Part shown: one piece after another, positions 52,708 through 64,000 of the stretch | How positions within the stretch are numbered: position 1 is the first letter of the stretch | Layout: each line of letters begins with the position of its first letter | Origin: Octopus vulgaris | Lineage: Eukaryota | Reading direction: 5' to 3' | Length of the DNA stretch: 64,000 bases | NCBI GenBank assembly: GCA_951406725.2 | Contig: OX597817.1 | Location: 176,638,001 to 176,702,000, forward strand | Position numbers and translations under genes: made by a program | Notes under the pieces: model-generated | Databases searched by the model: none | Told to the model about the DNA's origin: nothing | The model's input: only the letters and a program-made list of their open reading frames with translations

Positions 52708-52708
52708 T

Positions 52709-53560
52709 AACCCATCAGTGGCTACGGAGCTCAGGGCTAAAAGCAGAGAGCGAAGGTTTCATCCTGGCTGCTCAAGATCAAAGCCTATTAACCCGGAACT
52801 ACAAGGCCAATGTGATGAAAAATGGAGCAGACCCAAAATGCCGATTCTGCAACGACATGATTGAAACAGTGGACCATCTAATCTCTGGATGCAAAGTCTT
52901 AGCACCAGTGGAGTATAAATTAAGACATGACAGAGTTGGCCAATATCTACACTGGCTAATAAGTCGGCATTACAATATCAAAACTGCCGACAAGTGGTAT
53001 AATCACCACCCTGAGGCTGTAACTGAAGGAGAAAATGTAACCATTCTGTGGGACTTTCCAGTACATACAGACCGAACCATCAAGGCCAATAAACCAGATA
53101 TTGTTGTGAAAGACCAAAACAATAAAGTTTGCTTATTGATCGACATGAGCATCCCCTGTGATCATAATATCTCAGCGAAAGAGTTTGACAAGCAGAAAAT
53201 ATAAAGACCTACTCATTGAAATTGAGAAAATGTGGCATCTCAAGGCGGTTACAATACCAGTGATCGTAGGAGCACTAGGAATGATCAAGAAGGGAACCGA
53301 AAATTATATGAGAATGATCCCTGGCTTACCATCCCTGCAAGAAGTGCAAAAGATCGTCTTAACTGGTACATCACATGTATTGAGAAGAGCATTGTCGATG
53401 TGAGAACTGTTGCTGCTCATGTATTTTAATTTAACTTTAAAAAAAAAAAACTATTGAGTTTGGTTTAATGGCCTACTAATGTATACTATGAGTTTCTTTG
53501 CCCTAGGAGTCGGGAAGACACTCGGCAAGAAATGGAAGCAAATTTGAAAGAAGAAAAAAA
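52709..53560 (+). mobile_element. Short 5'-truncated R4/Dong-like family 1 copy
   Basis: Near-identical to 22909-23770; 2-nt deletion at ~53192. Confidence 0.9.
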
Positions 53561-53942
53561 AAAGTAATGTTAATAATAATAATAATAATAATACTTTTAA
53601 TGAAAATTAAGAAATGAAAGTAATGCATTCAAGTTAAAGCAGTCAGCCAGGATCTAACTTCTGTCAACCAACTTATGAATCATTTTTATGAGTCGCATAC
53701 ATTTTTAATTGCTTTTCTCAATCGATTTCACCTCTCACCACATCTCTTTTGACACAACGCCTTATATGCTTCTTTTCATGCATACATACATACAGACATA
53801 CATACATGCATACATATATATATATATATATACATATATATATACATATATATATATTATATGCACACACGCACACACACATATATACATATACATGTAT
53901 AAATATATGTATGTATGTATGTATGACCATATATCTAGATCC

Positions 53943-54233
53943 CTTGGTTGCATCACAGGTGCCTACTGATGGAAAACCTGCTGTTTGACCTGATTAAAAG
54001 TCCTCTCTGTTCGGTCTGCCACTAGGTTCTAGTCACAGAGACTCAGAGTGGTACTGGTATTCTACAGGTGCCTCTCTCTATAATCAAATGATGCACAGTT
54101 ATGTCTTTAAGATGACCACATTCGGCATTTCATCTGCTGAAGTTCCTACGGTGGTGGAAGAATGGACGCGCAAGGTAGGCTACAACTTTCGTCTCTCACC
54201 TACGCTTCAAAGAAGGCAGATTGGCAGAGAGAC
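53943..54233. other. Conserved element V1 (copy 3, 3'-deleted)
   Basis: Matches 7857-8150, then jumps into the PLE relic. Confidence 0.5.
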
Positions 54234-54944
54234 TAGGAATGGGATTTGCCCACTCTATAGAAACAAGCCATGGAACACTATAGAAAGGACAAAATAGAAA
54301 ATAGAGAAGGCCAACTCTTGGTATGATAGCCATAAATACCAGAGTGTCATGTTCGTTGACACCACCCCTGGAGGTGAACTGGCGTACCGCTTTAGAAGGA
54401 CCCTAGACAAACTTAAGCTAAGAATTAAGTTGTTGAAAAGCCAGGCTACCCTATCAAATCTATAATTGGTAGAACCTATCCTTCTAGTAGAACCCCATGT
54501 ACGGATAAGTAGTGTACTGTATGTAGATTTAGACCAAAAACAAACTGTAAAGCCAGAAATGTAGTCTATAGTATAAGATGTATAGAGGGAGGATGCAGTA
54601 ACAAGACAACGATATACGTAGGGGAAATGGCAAGAAGCATAGGAGAGCGGATAAATGGCCATTGGAGACAACTCAAGGAAGGTAAAAGCTCATCGATTCT
54701 GTACCAACACGCCGAACAGGAACACGGGGGATCAATCAATAACATAAAAATTAAAACATTGTCCACACATAGAACAGATGCAACAATTAAACAAATTACA
54801 GAAGCTACACACATAATAGAAAATAAACCTAGCCTGAATAGAAAACTAGAATAGAGCACTAACACACACCACAACATATCACGATAGAGGATTCCGAAAA
54901 CAATAAATATACAGATAAAAAGACAAATAGAAATAAATAACTAT

Positions 54945-55014
<70 letters not shown>

Positions 55015-55240
55015 ATTCGATTTATAATTATTATTATTAGTATTGTTGTTATACATACATACATACCAGCATATTTAATGATAATAATAAGTGGATGTAA
55101 ACACATGAACAAAATAACAGCAAATATATAGTGCGTGTGTTTTTATTGGCTAAACTGGCAATATGACCATTCCGAAATATAACAATATCTGTTTCAACAC
55201 ACGACTTCACATAAAAATTCTTGCACATCAAATATTTAAA
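54233..55240 (+). mobile_element. 3' part of the decayed Nematis-like PLE
   Basis: Matches 27680-28650. Confidence 0.8.
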
Positions 55241-55242
55241 CG

Positions 55243-55317
<75 letters not shown>

Positions 55318-55324
55318 TACATAC

Positions 55325-55380
<56 letters not shown>

Positions 55381-55509
55381 CATAGAGTCATACATATATA
55401 CTTACATTATATATATATACATATATAATTTGAGAGAGAGAGGGAGAGATAGATAGATATGAATATTTATGTTACCCTAGCAATATCACAAGAAGGCTGT
55501 TGTATTCGT

Positions 55510-57325
55510 TAATATTTCCAACAGTTCCAAAGTGTGTTCACTACACCTCTAGGACACAGGCAAGTTATCAACCCAGAAGAATTCTTTGCCACTTTACCTG
55601 CGGCCAAAGAGACAAAAATTGAGTACATCAACATCGAAGATGATGATATCACACTAGCCATTGATGAGATTGACACAAACTCAGCTGCTGGACCTGATGG
55701 ATTCCCAGCGATCCTTCTCAAATCGTGCAAACGAGCCCTTGCAAAACCGCTACAGCTTCTTTTTCAGAGCTTTCTTGCAAGTGGTAAGCTCCCAGTCAAA
55801 TTGAAAGAGGGTGTAATATGCCCTATCCATAAGGGAGGTAGCAGAGCAGATGCTAAAAATTATAGGCCTATCTCTCTGACCTCACACATCAGCAAAGTCA
55901 TGGAACGAATAGTCCGTAAGAAACTAATCATGTTCCTTGAAGAAAATGACTTGCTGTCTGACACCCAGCATGGATTTCGACCAGGTAGAGGCTGCCTAAC
56001 ACAGCTCCTGCAACACTATGGCTGGGTGTTGAAACAGCTACTAAATGGCTCAAATGTGGATGTAATATATCTCGACTTTTCAAAAGCCTTTGATAAAGTC
56101 GACCATGGTATGATCTGTCACAAACTGCGTGGTCTCGGCATAGGCGGGAAACTTGGAGAGTGGCTGCACAACTTCCTAAAAGACAGAAAACAGGCAGTTG
56201 TGAGCAATGGAGCCACCTCCAAGGAAACGCAAATAACAAGCGGTGTCCCACAGGGCACTGTCTTGGGGCCACTGATGTTCATAGTGGCCCTTTCAGACAT
56301 GCCTTCAGTTGCTACGATGACCACCCTTGCTAGCTATGCAGATGACACAAAAGTCTCCCACGCAATACAAAACCCTGAAAATATTGCGCATCTGCAACAT
56401 GAGCTGGACACAATATACAGGTGGGCTGAGGACAACAACATGCAGTTTAATGCAGGTAAGTTCCAGGCCCTGCGCTATTGGCACAAAAAGGTAAATGACG
56501 TGAAGACTGGATACACTGGCCCAGGAAGAATTGCAATCCCTGAGTCAAAATCAGTGCGTGACCTGGGCATTGACATGAGCAATGATGCATCTTTCCAAAT
56601 GCATATTGCTAATCTGGTGATAAAATGCAGACGGCTAGCTGGATGGATTCTCCGAACTTTCAGAACAAGAGAGAAGGAGACACTGATGGTCCTATGGAAA
56701 ACATTCGTCCTCAGCCGCTTGGACTACTGCTCCCAACTTTGGTCACCACACAATATAAAACAAACAGCAGAACTCGAAGCAATTCAGAGAAGCTACACAA
56801 AGAAAATCGTCTCAATGCAAAATATCAGCTACTGGGAAAGACTGAAGGTATTAAACCTCTTCTCCCTGGAGCGGAGGCGGGAGAGATATGCAGTGATATA
56901 CATCTGGAAAATCCTGGAGGGTCTTGTTCCAAACTTTGGCATTCAAAGTTACTCCAACCGCAGAACGGGCGCCGCTGCATGGTGCCAAGGATTCCAAATT
57001 AACCATCAAAATACAGGTCCAGATACTGCAACAGCTTGGGTTTCAGAGGACCACAGCTCTTTAACATCCTCCCTAAATGCCTGAGAGACTTGCATGGTGT
57101 GGATGTGGGTTTCTTTAAAACTAAACTGGATCTCTTCTTGTTGGGAGTCCCAGATGAACCTACTTCACGACAGGAGACGCGGATGCGGGCAACAGCATCG
57201 AACTCCCTTGTTGATCAAGTGCCACGTATCAGAGGTGGATTTACAGGCTAGTGTGGCTCATTCAGCGGTGGTGCCCCAGCATGGCCGCGGCCTTCAGGCT
57301 GAAACATTTTTAAGGATTTAAGGAT
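55510..57325 (+). mobile_element. 5'-truncated CR1-like LINE (RT)
   Basis: ORF 55534-57084 with YRPISL, DFSKAFD, PQG, YADD, LERRRERY; frameshift ~56968; ttaagga tail; empty site at 37060-37075. Confidence 0.9.
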
Positions 57326-57937
57326 ATACTTATGCTTGCACGCGGGCTCGCGTCTTTTTGTATGTGTGTGTGTGTATATGTCTATCTATCTATCTAACTG
57401 ACTAGCTAAACTAACTAACTAACTTAACTAACTAACTAACTATCTGTTTATCCCTGTCCTTTCGCTAACCTCTGTAACAATCGCTACATCCTTGTACATG
57501 GATAAAAGATCTAGTTTTGTTTCAAATCCACCTAAACGCAACCCAAATTGGTCTTTCAGTCCTTTGTGGTACTTTGTAGTCCTTTGTAGTAATTTGAGCC
57601 GATACCTGTTCTATGTCTGTCTCGTTCTTTGATATATTGTACGTAAACTTAGATCATATATATGTATGTACGTGTGTGTATTATATATGTATGTATTATA
57701 TACGCATGCATGACTAGGTTTCTTAAATGTACAGTGTAGGTATTTTGTTTTTCGCTGATCTTAAGGTTTATGTTAACACCCGATGGTCATCTGATTACCA
57801 CAATTATTATCACTGGGACATTCCACAACTAATTCTTCCTCTTATCAGTGGCGAAGTTTTCTGTCGTAACGTTGGCTCTTAGTATGTATGCATGTATTAT
57901 ATTCTGATACATATATGTATGTCTTTGTATATATATA

Positions 57938-58799
57938 TCGAAACCGCGAGTCCGCTGCACTAACCACTGGGCCAGTGCGCCTCCACTTCCGGTCATATAA
58001 ACCCATATCGAATCTTATTTTAGCAAGCTTAAAGCGTTAACCCACCACTTTCCTTGATGCCCTAAGCACGTGAATAATGGTTAATCCAGCGCTGCCGATA
58101 ATTTACGCTACAATTGGGAATTTGATCATTTTATAAACAAATTTTTCTGCTTATAACAAAATTACATAGCAATCTTTCATTCATACTTTACATATCTAAA
58201 TAAATTAAGAACTAACGTAAAAGCTGATACATTTTGATATTTCATTGGCAATTCAGAGACTTCACATTAATAAGAGAGAAATTTTATTAGGAGATTATCC
58301 ACAAGAGTTAAACAAGAATAGCAGAATAATTGAAAAAAATATTACGCAATGGTGATGAGATAGTTTAATGCAGTGAGAGAAGAATGATAAAAAATTTCTC
58401 TTTGGCAGAGAAACTGTTACGAATCCAGCGATATAGGAAAATACATGGATAAAATAGCCTAGATATTAATATTGTTCATATTTAGTTGCGTTGTGAGTGT
58501 TTATTGAGCAAAAACACCTAAAAGCTCCACGAGGCTCCGGCAGGGGATGGTGGTGATCCCTGCTGTACTCTTTCACCACAGCTTTTTCTCACTCTTACTT
58601 CCTGTTTCCGTTGTACCTGTATTTCAAAGGGCCGGCCTTGTCACTCTCTGTGTCACGCTGAATATCCCCGAGAACTACGTTCAGGGTGCACGTGTCTGTA
58701 GAGTGCTCAGCCACTTACACGTTAATTTCACGAGCAGGCTGTTCCGTTGATTCGGATCAACCGGAACCCTCGTCGTCGTAACCGACGGAATGCTTCCAC

Positions 58800-58853
<54 letters not shown>

Positions 58854-58968
58854 TGCTCGCTTAACCAGCGGGGTGGCGTCATTTGGAGGCTAAAACAGAG
58901 CGAAGTGAATTGTGACCACGATGTGTAGCAACATCTGGTAGCCTTCTCGGTCACGTGATCACGTGATA
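57938..58968. mobile_element. Rearranged tRNA-derived SINE pieces (inverted head 57938-57985, body 58485-58800, tail 58853-58968)
   Basis: Minus-strand ggaggcgcactggcccagtggttag A-box-like head; SINE-like body; RTE-like tail. Confidence 0.55.
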
Positions 58969-59001
58969 TATATATATATATACACACATATATATACATT
59001 C

Positions 59002-59042
<41 letters not shown>

Positions 59043-59045
<3 letters not shown>

Positions 59046-59705
59046 TACAAAATTAGAGAATGGAGAAACATACTTAAATCAGTAAAACATCAACTATCGA
59101 TGATACTCAATCCATACTTTAATACACCATTACATATAGTAAAGGCAATATATAAATGAAATGAGATATACAGTAATAGTAAAAGAAGAGATAAAGAGAT
59201 ATAAGTAAAAAATTTCAAATATAATATGCAAATAAATCAAAACTGACAGCTGTTTCGGCAGTGAGGACAGTCATACCTCATTTAACCTATAAGCCATAAA
59301 GGCAGGTATAAATGAGGCATTAACAAAGGATTACGGCCTCTTCAGAGAATTAAATTAAATTTGTTATAATAGTGAAAAATATTATATAATCATATACATA
59401 TAAATATAAAAATATAAAAATGTAAAATATAAAAACTTATACATCATAATGCTACACTTATATAATATAATACACATTTGTACAAAAAGGAAGGTAAACA
59501 GAACAAAATAAAACAAAATATATAACAGTGTATATATTAATATTAATAAGTACCGATATTATACATATTTGGCTAATAGTTTTTTTTAAAAAAAAAGGGC
59601 TAACACATATGGAGATGAAAAATAATAATTAAATCCGTGGTACAGTTCATAAAGTTCTAAAGCTATAAAAGTTAATAAAAATTACTATTAATAATAATAA
59701 TAATA

Positions 59706-59749
<44 letters not shown>

Positions 59750-60117
59750 TAATAAAAATAGATACAGTTAAGTTAGCACCAAGTCCATCCTTTCAAGATC
59801 AAATAACTATGAGTTAAGGAATGCTGACCACTAGGTAAAGAAATTTAGATTAATTCGATTGGCTATTGGTTTGAAATTTAAATCACAAAAGAAAATTATA
59901 CGGTTGGTTAGTCAGGGAACGCCAATATGGTGTGAATATTGGCGTTCCCTGACTAACCAACCGTATAATTTTCTTTTGTGATTTAAATTTCAAACCAATA
60001 GCCAATCAGGTAATCTAAATTTCTTTACCTAGTGGTCAGCATTCCTTAACTCATAGTTATTTCGATCTTGAAAGGATGGACTTGCTAACTTAACTGTATC
60101 TATTTTTATTATTTATA

Positions 60118-60148
<31 letters not shown>

Positions 60149-60978
60149 TATTATTATTATTATTAATAGTAATTTTTATTAACTTTTATAGCTTTAGAAC
60201 TTTATGAACTGTACCACGGATTTAATTATTATTTTTCATCTCCATATGTGTTAGCCCTTTTTTTTAAAAAAAACTATTAGCCAAATATGTATAATATCGG
60301 TACTTATTAATATTAATATATACACTGTTATATATTTTGTTTTATTTTGTTCTGTTTACCTTCCTTTTTTGTACAAATGTGTATTATATTATATAAGTGT
60401 AGCATTATGATGTATAAGTTTTTATATTTTACATTTTTATATTTTTATATTTATATGTATATGATTATATAATATTTTTCACTATTATAACAAATTTAAT
60501 TTAATTCTCTGAAGAGGCCGTGGGCATCCTTGTTAATGCCTCATTTATACCTGCCTTTATGGCTTATAGGTTAAATGAGGTATGACTGTCCTCACTGCCG
60601 AAACAGCTGTCAGTTTTGATTTATTTGCATGTTATATTTGAAATTTTTACTTACATCTCTTTATCTTTTTACTATTACTGTATATCTCATTTCATTTTAT
60701 ATATTGCCTTTACTCATATGTAATGGTGTATTAAAGTATGGATTGAGTATCATCGGATAGTTGATGTTTTACTGATTTAAGTATGTTTCTCCATTCTCTA
60801 ATTTTGTAGTATTAATTTACAGTAATATTATTACCTTTACCCATATAATACAATAGATGAACTGATTGTTTGACAATTTTTAACATCTATGTATTAATTT
60901 TGTTGGGTACCTATCTAGCAGTATATTGGATATATATTATCCCATGGTGGGTTGAATTTTCAACCCCTATCTCATTAT

Positions 60979-60980
<2 letters not shown>
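59043..60980. mobile_element. ORF-less Penelope-like inverted pLTR pair (1.77-kb palindrome) with a hammerhead in each arm
   Basis: 59043-59928 is the reverse complement of 59936-60811 around a 7-nt loop; hammerheads at 59243-59347 (-) and 60507-60613 (+). Confidence 0.8.
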
Positions 60981-61075
<95 letters not shown>

Positions 61076-61182
61076 GTGTATGTATGTATGTAGGTTTGCC
61101 ATTTTAATGGACTGAAGCAACGTGAAATAAAGTGTCTTGCTCAAGGACGCAACCCTTGCTGTAGTCACAGTACTTTGTAGGA

Positions 61183-61715
61183 TAGGTGCGTCCTGATGTA
61201 AAACCTGCTATTTCACATAATCATTGTTCATCTAGATTCGGTCTGCCACTAGGTTCTAGTCACAGAGACTCAGAGTAGTACTCGTGTTGTACAACTGTCT
61301 ATCAATACATTCCAATGACGCACAGATATCTCATTAACATGAACACATTTGTCATTTAATTTATTGAAGCTCCAAAGGCTGTGAGCTGGCAGAAACGTTA
61401 ACACGCCGGGCTAAATGCTTAGCGTTATTTCGTCTGTCCTTGCGATCTGAGTTCAAATTTCGCCGAGGACGACTTTGCTTTAACCCTTTCAGGGTAGATT
61501 AAATAAGTACCAGTTGCGCACTGGGGTCGATGTAATCGATTTGATCCTTCTCTGTCCATGTTTGTCTCCACTGTGTTTAGCCCCGTGTGGGTAGTAAAGA
61601 AATAGGTATTTCGTCTGTCTTTGCGTTCTGAGTTCAAATTACGCCGAGGTTGACTTTGCCTTTCATCCTTTCAGGGTCGATATATTAAGCACCAGTTGCG
61701 TACTGGGGTCGAGCT
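61183..61715 (+). other. Conserved element V2 (copy 3) followed by a Nin-like SINE
   Basis: Near-identical to 13690-14225. Confidence 0.6.
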
Positions 61716-61924
61716 ACCTATCTATATCTGCCCTCTCCCAGGCGTCTGTACTTCAGTGGCAAGGACCTGGTATTTTGACAGGAGGATATCCAGTTTTGTT
61801 TCGAAGGCACTTAAAGCCCACCCCATGTTGGCCTCTCATGTAATAATATGACCCGATACCCTTTTTTTTTTACTGTTTTGCTATTTGCTATATCATACGT
61901 AAACTTACATCATACATACATACA

Positions 61925-61999
<75 letters not shown>

Positions 62000-62130
62000 G
62001 TGTGTGTTTGTGTGTATTATATATGTATGTATGCATATATATATAAATATATAAATAAATATATACGTATTCAATGCATATTTGAAATTTTATTCAATGC
62101 ATATTTAGTCTTTCGGTTTGCATAGGACCG

Positions 62131-62206
62131 AATGTACTGAAGAAGTCACGGACACTTGAATTATGCAAGTAATTCTTTTGTTAAGACCGAAACCGAGGTA
62201 TGCATT
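62131..62206 (+). ncRNA. Type I hammerhead ribozyme in an orphan pLTR-like fragment
   Basis: Stem I aatgta/tgcatt; CTGAAGA; stem II agtc..gacc (first pair mismatched); GAAA; stem III ccgagg; GUA. Confidence 0.7.
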
Positions 62207-62401
62207 TAAGTCTGTTATTTATTTAATTTTTCATATGTCCTGCCCGCCAAATTTGGTTCTGGTGTTCGCTGAATTCTTCCTCTAGAGAATTTCCCTTGTA
62301 GTATGTTGATGTATATATATATATACAAATATATTTGAATTTTCTCTGACTCCTCAGATGTGTGTGTGTATTAAAATTAATATTAATTTATCTCCCTCAA
62401 T

Positions 62402-62451
<50 letters not shown>

Positions 62452-63029
62452 TGTTTGTGTGTGTGTCTGTTTGTGTGTGTATGTGTGTGTGTTTCTGTAT
62501 GTGACTAACCCGCATGTGTGTATTGTATGTATGCTTATATCTCCTGGGTGAGTGTGACCCACGTAGTGTACAGAGACTGTAGAATATTGGAGAGAAAAGG
62601 AGGAATGGTGTATCCCCCTCTTTTTGTAGGATTTCAAATACATAGCTTTCTAGCTGTGATGTACATTTCATGTACGGGTTCGAGTGAGGCTAGTATTCCT
62701 GTCACTCTCTAGTTCTTGTGACATTATTCTTGAACCAGACGGATCACAGAGCTGAGAAACAACATGTATATTATCTAAATAAACAAGGAATAGGGCAGAA
62801 TATTTCTGCTCTTGTCTCACTGAGAAGACAGCATCAGTTGTATTTATTCTCACCATAAAAACAAAAATCACGTCTACATTAATTTTCTTTTTCTAAGCAA
62901 ATGAGATGTAATTCTTTTTGTAACCTTTCATAACTGGCACCAACAGTTTAACACCTCAAGCATTCTTACATATATAAATTACATATGTATTTGTGTTTGT
63001 GCGTGTTTGTATACATATATATACACATA

Positions 63030-63519
63030 TATACAGGACAGTGCTTATAGCACCAGGAAGACATCTCCTCCAGTTGGCTAATGACACACTCTGTGTCCGA
63101 TTAGTATTTGCAAGGGGTTCATCGCTCCCATGTCTAACCTTACGTCATACACACGGATGCAAGTTTCTGGGTGATTACCTCCCTCCCACCGAGCATGTAT
63201 TAATCACTAGCAAGTGATGAAAGTTCATTCCACTCGCAAATTATTATATACCTTTCTAGCGACTCACAGTCGCTAATCTCGTAAAAGAGAGAGATATGTT
63301 ATTTTAAATTTAACATAACATATACAGATTTAATATAACATATCTCTCTTTTACGAGATCATCGACAGTGAGTTGCTAGAAAAGTATATAGTGATTTGGC
63401 TTCAGATGGGAGTGATGCCCTCCTTCGCATATTCTAATCGGGCACAGAATGTGTGTCGTTATTCAGCTGGAGGAGATGTCTTCCTGGGGCTATAAAGAAC
63501 AGTAGCACTGTCCTGTATA
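63030..63519 (+). other. ~490-nt fold-back element, copy B (better paired)
   Basis: Perfect 16-bp terminal helix and 21-bp ccaggaagacatctcctccag/ctggaggagatgtcttcctgg helix. Confidence 0.78.
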
Positions 63520-63639
63520 GCACGCCATTCAGTTGGCAAATATAGTTTACAATTCCGTACTGCTACTGTTTATATGTCTCTCATAAATTTTATATAAGAT
63601 ATGTATGCATGCATGTATGTATGTATGTATGTATGTATG

Positions 63640-63690
<51 letters not shown>

Positions 63691-64000
63691 GCGTGTGTGT
63701 GTGTGTGTGTGTATTTATGTATGTACTTGGTAAGGTGGACACCCTTCGTTTAACTCCCTGCAGGTCGAAAAGCAAACTATTTCAAAGGCCGGGTGATCAC
63801 AGGAGAATCAACAGCCCTCCAATGGCTGGGAGTGCGATATAACTGCTTTTGTTGTGACATCTCTCTTTTGTAATACTTATGATGTAGAATAGTTGTTTGT
63901 TTGGCAGGAATGTATTGGCTGTTTGGGGAGGGAGTCGGAATTGCCATGTGGAAAGGTTCTCTCCTTCTATTTTTCCTCAGACGCAGCCAAAACGCACAGC

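Noticed and set aside
515-63842. Numerous short ORFs rich in YIYI, IIII, YYYY, HTHT, MYVC
   Set aside because: Translations of (TA)n, (AAT)n, (CA)n and (TATG)n microsatellites.
1-64000. CRISPR arrays, rRNA, bona fide tRNA or snRNA genes
   Set aside because: No regular repeat-spacer array and no recognisable rRNA or snRNA; tRNA-like boxes belong to SINE heads.

Overview
This is AT-rich eukaryotic repeat DNA, dense in microsatellites. The SINE types suggest a cephalopod, probably Octopus (inference). I can support no host protein-coding gene. The backbone is a tandem segmental duplication of one unit: copy 1 ~4.4-16.5 kb, copy 2 ~16.5-51.6 kb, copy 3 ~51.6 kb to the window end. Each copy was invaded separately by R4/Dong-like RLE LINEs in (AAT)n, CR1-like APE LINEs, Penelope-like elements (PLEs) of at least three lineages, Helitron derivatives, a solo LTR and SINEs. 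Non-coding signals read directly from the sequence: (i) eight type-I hammerhead ribozyme motifs in four sequence families, one with a compensatory U3-A8 core; (ii) a ~490-nt fold-back element in two copies, whose arm mismatches are strongly biased to G-U pairs on the + strand (candidate long hairpin RNA derived from a MITE); (iii) an unidentified ~190-bp element in six copies and two gap-free subtypes with a 40-nt near-invariant core; (iv) two large PLE-associated inverted structures. All alignments and folds were done by eye, so boundaries are approximate.
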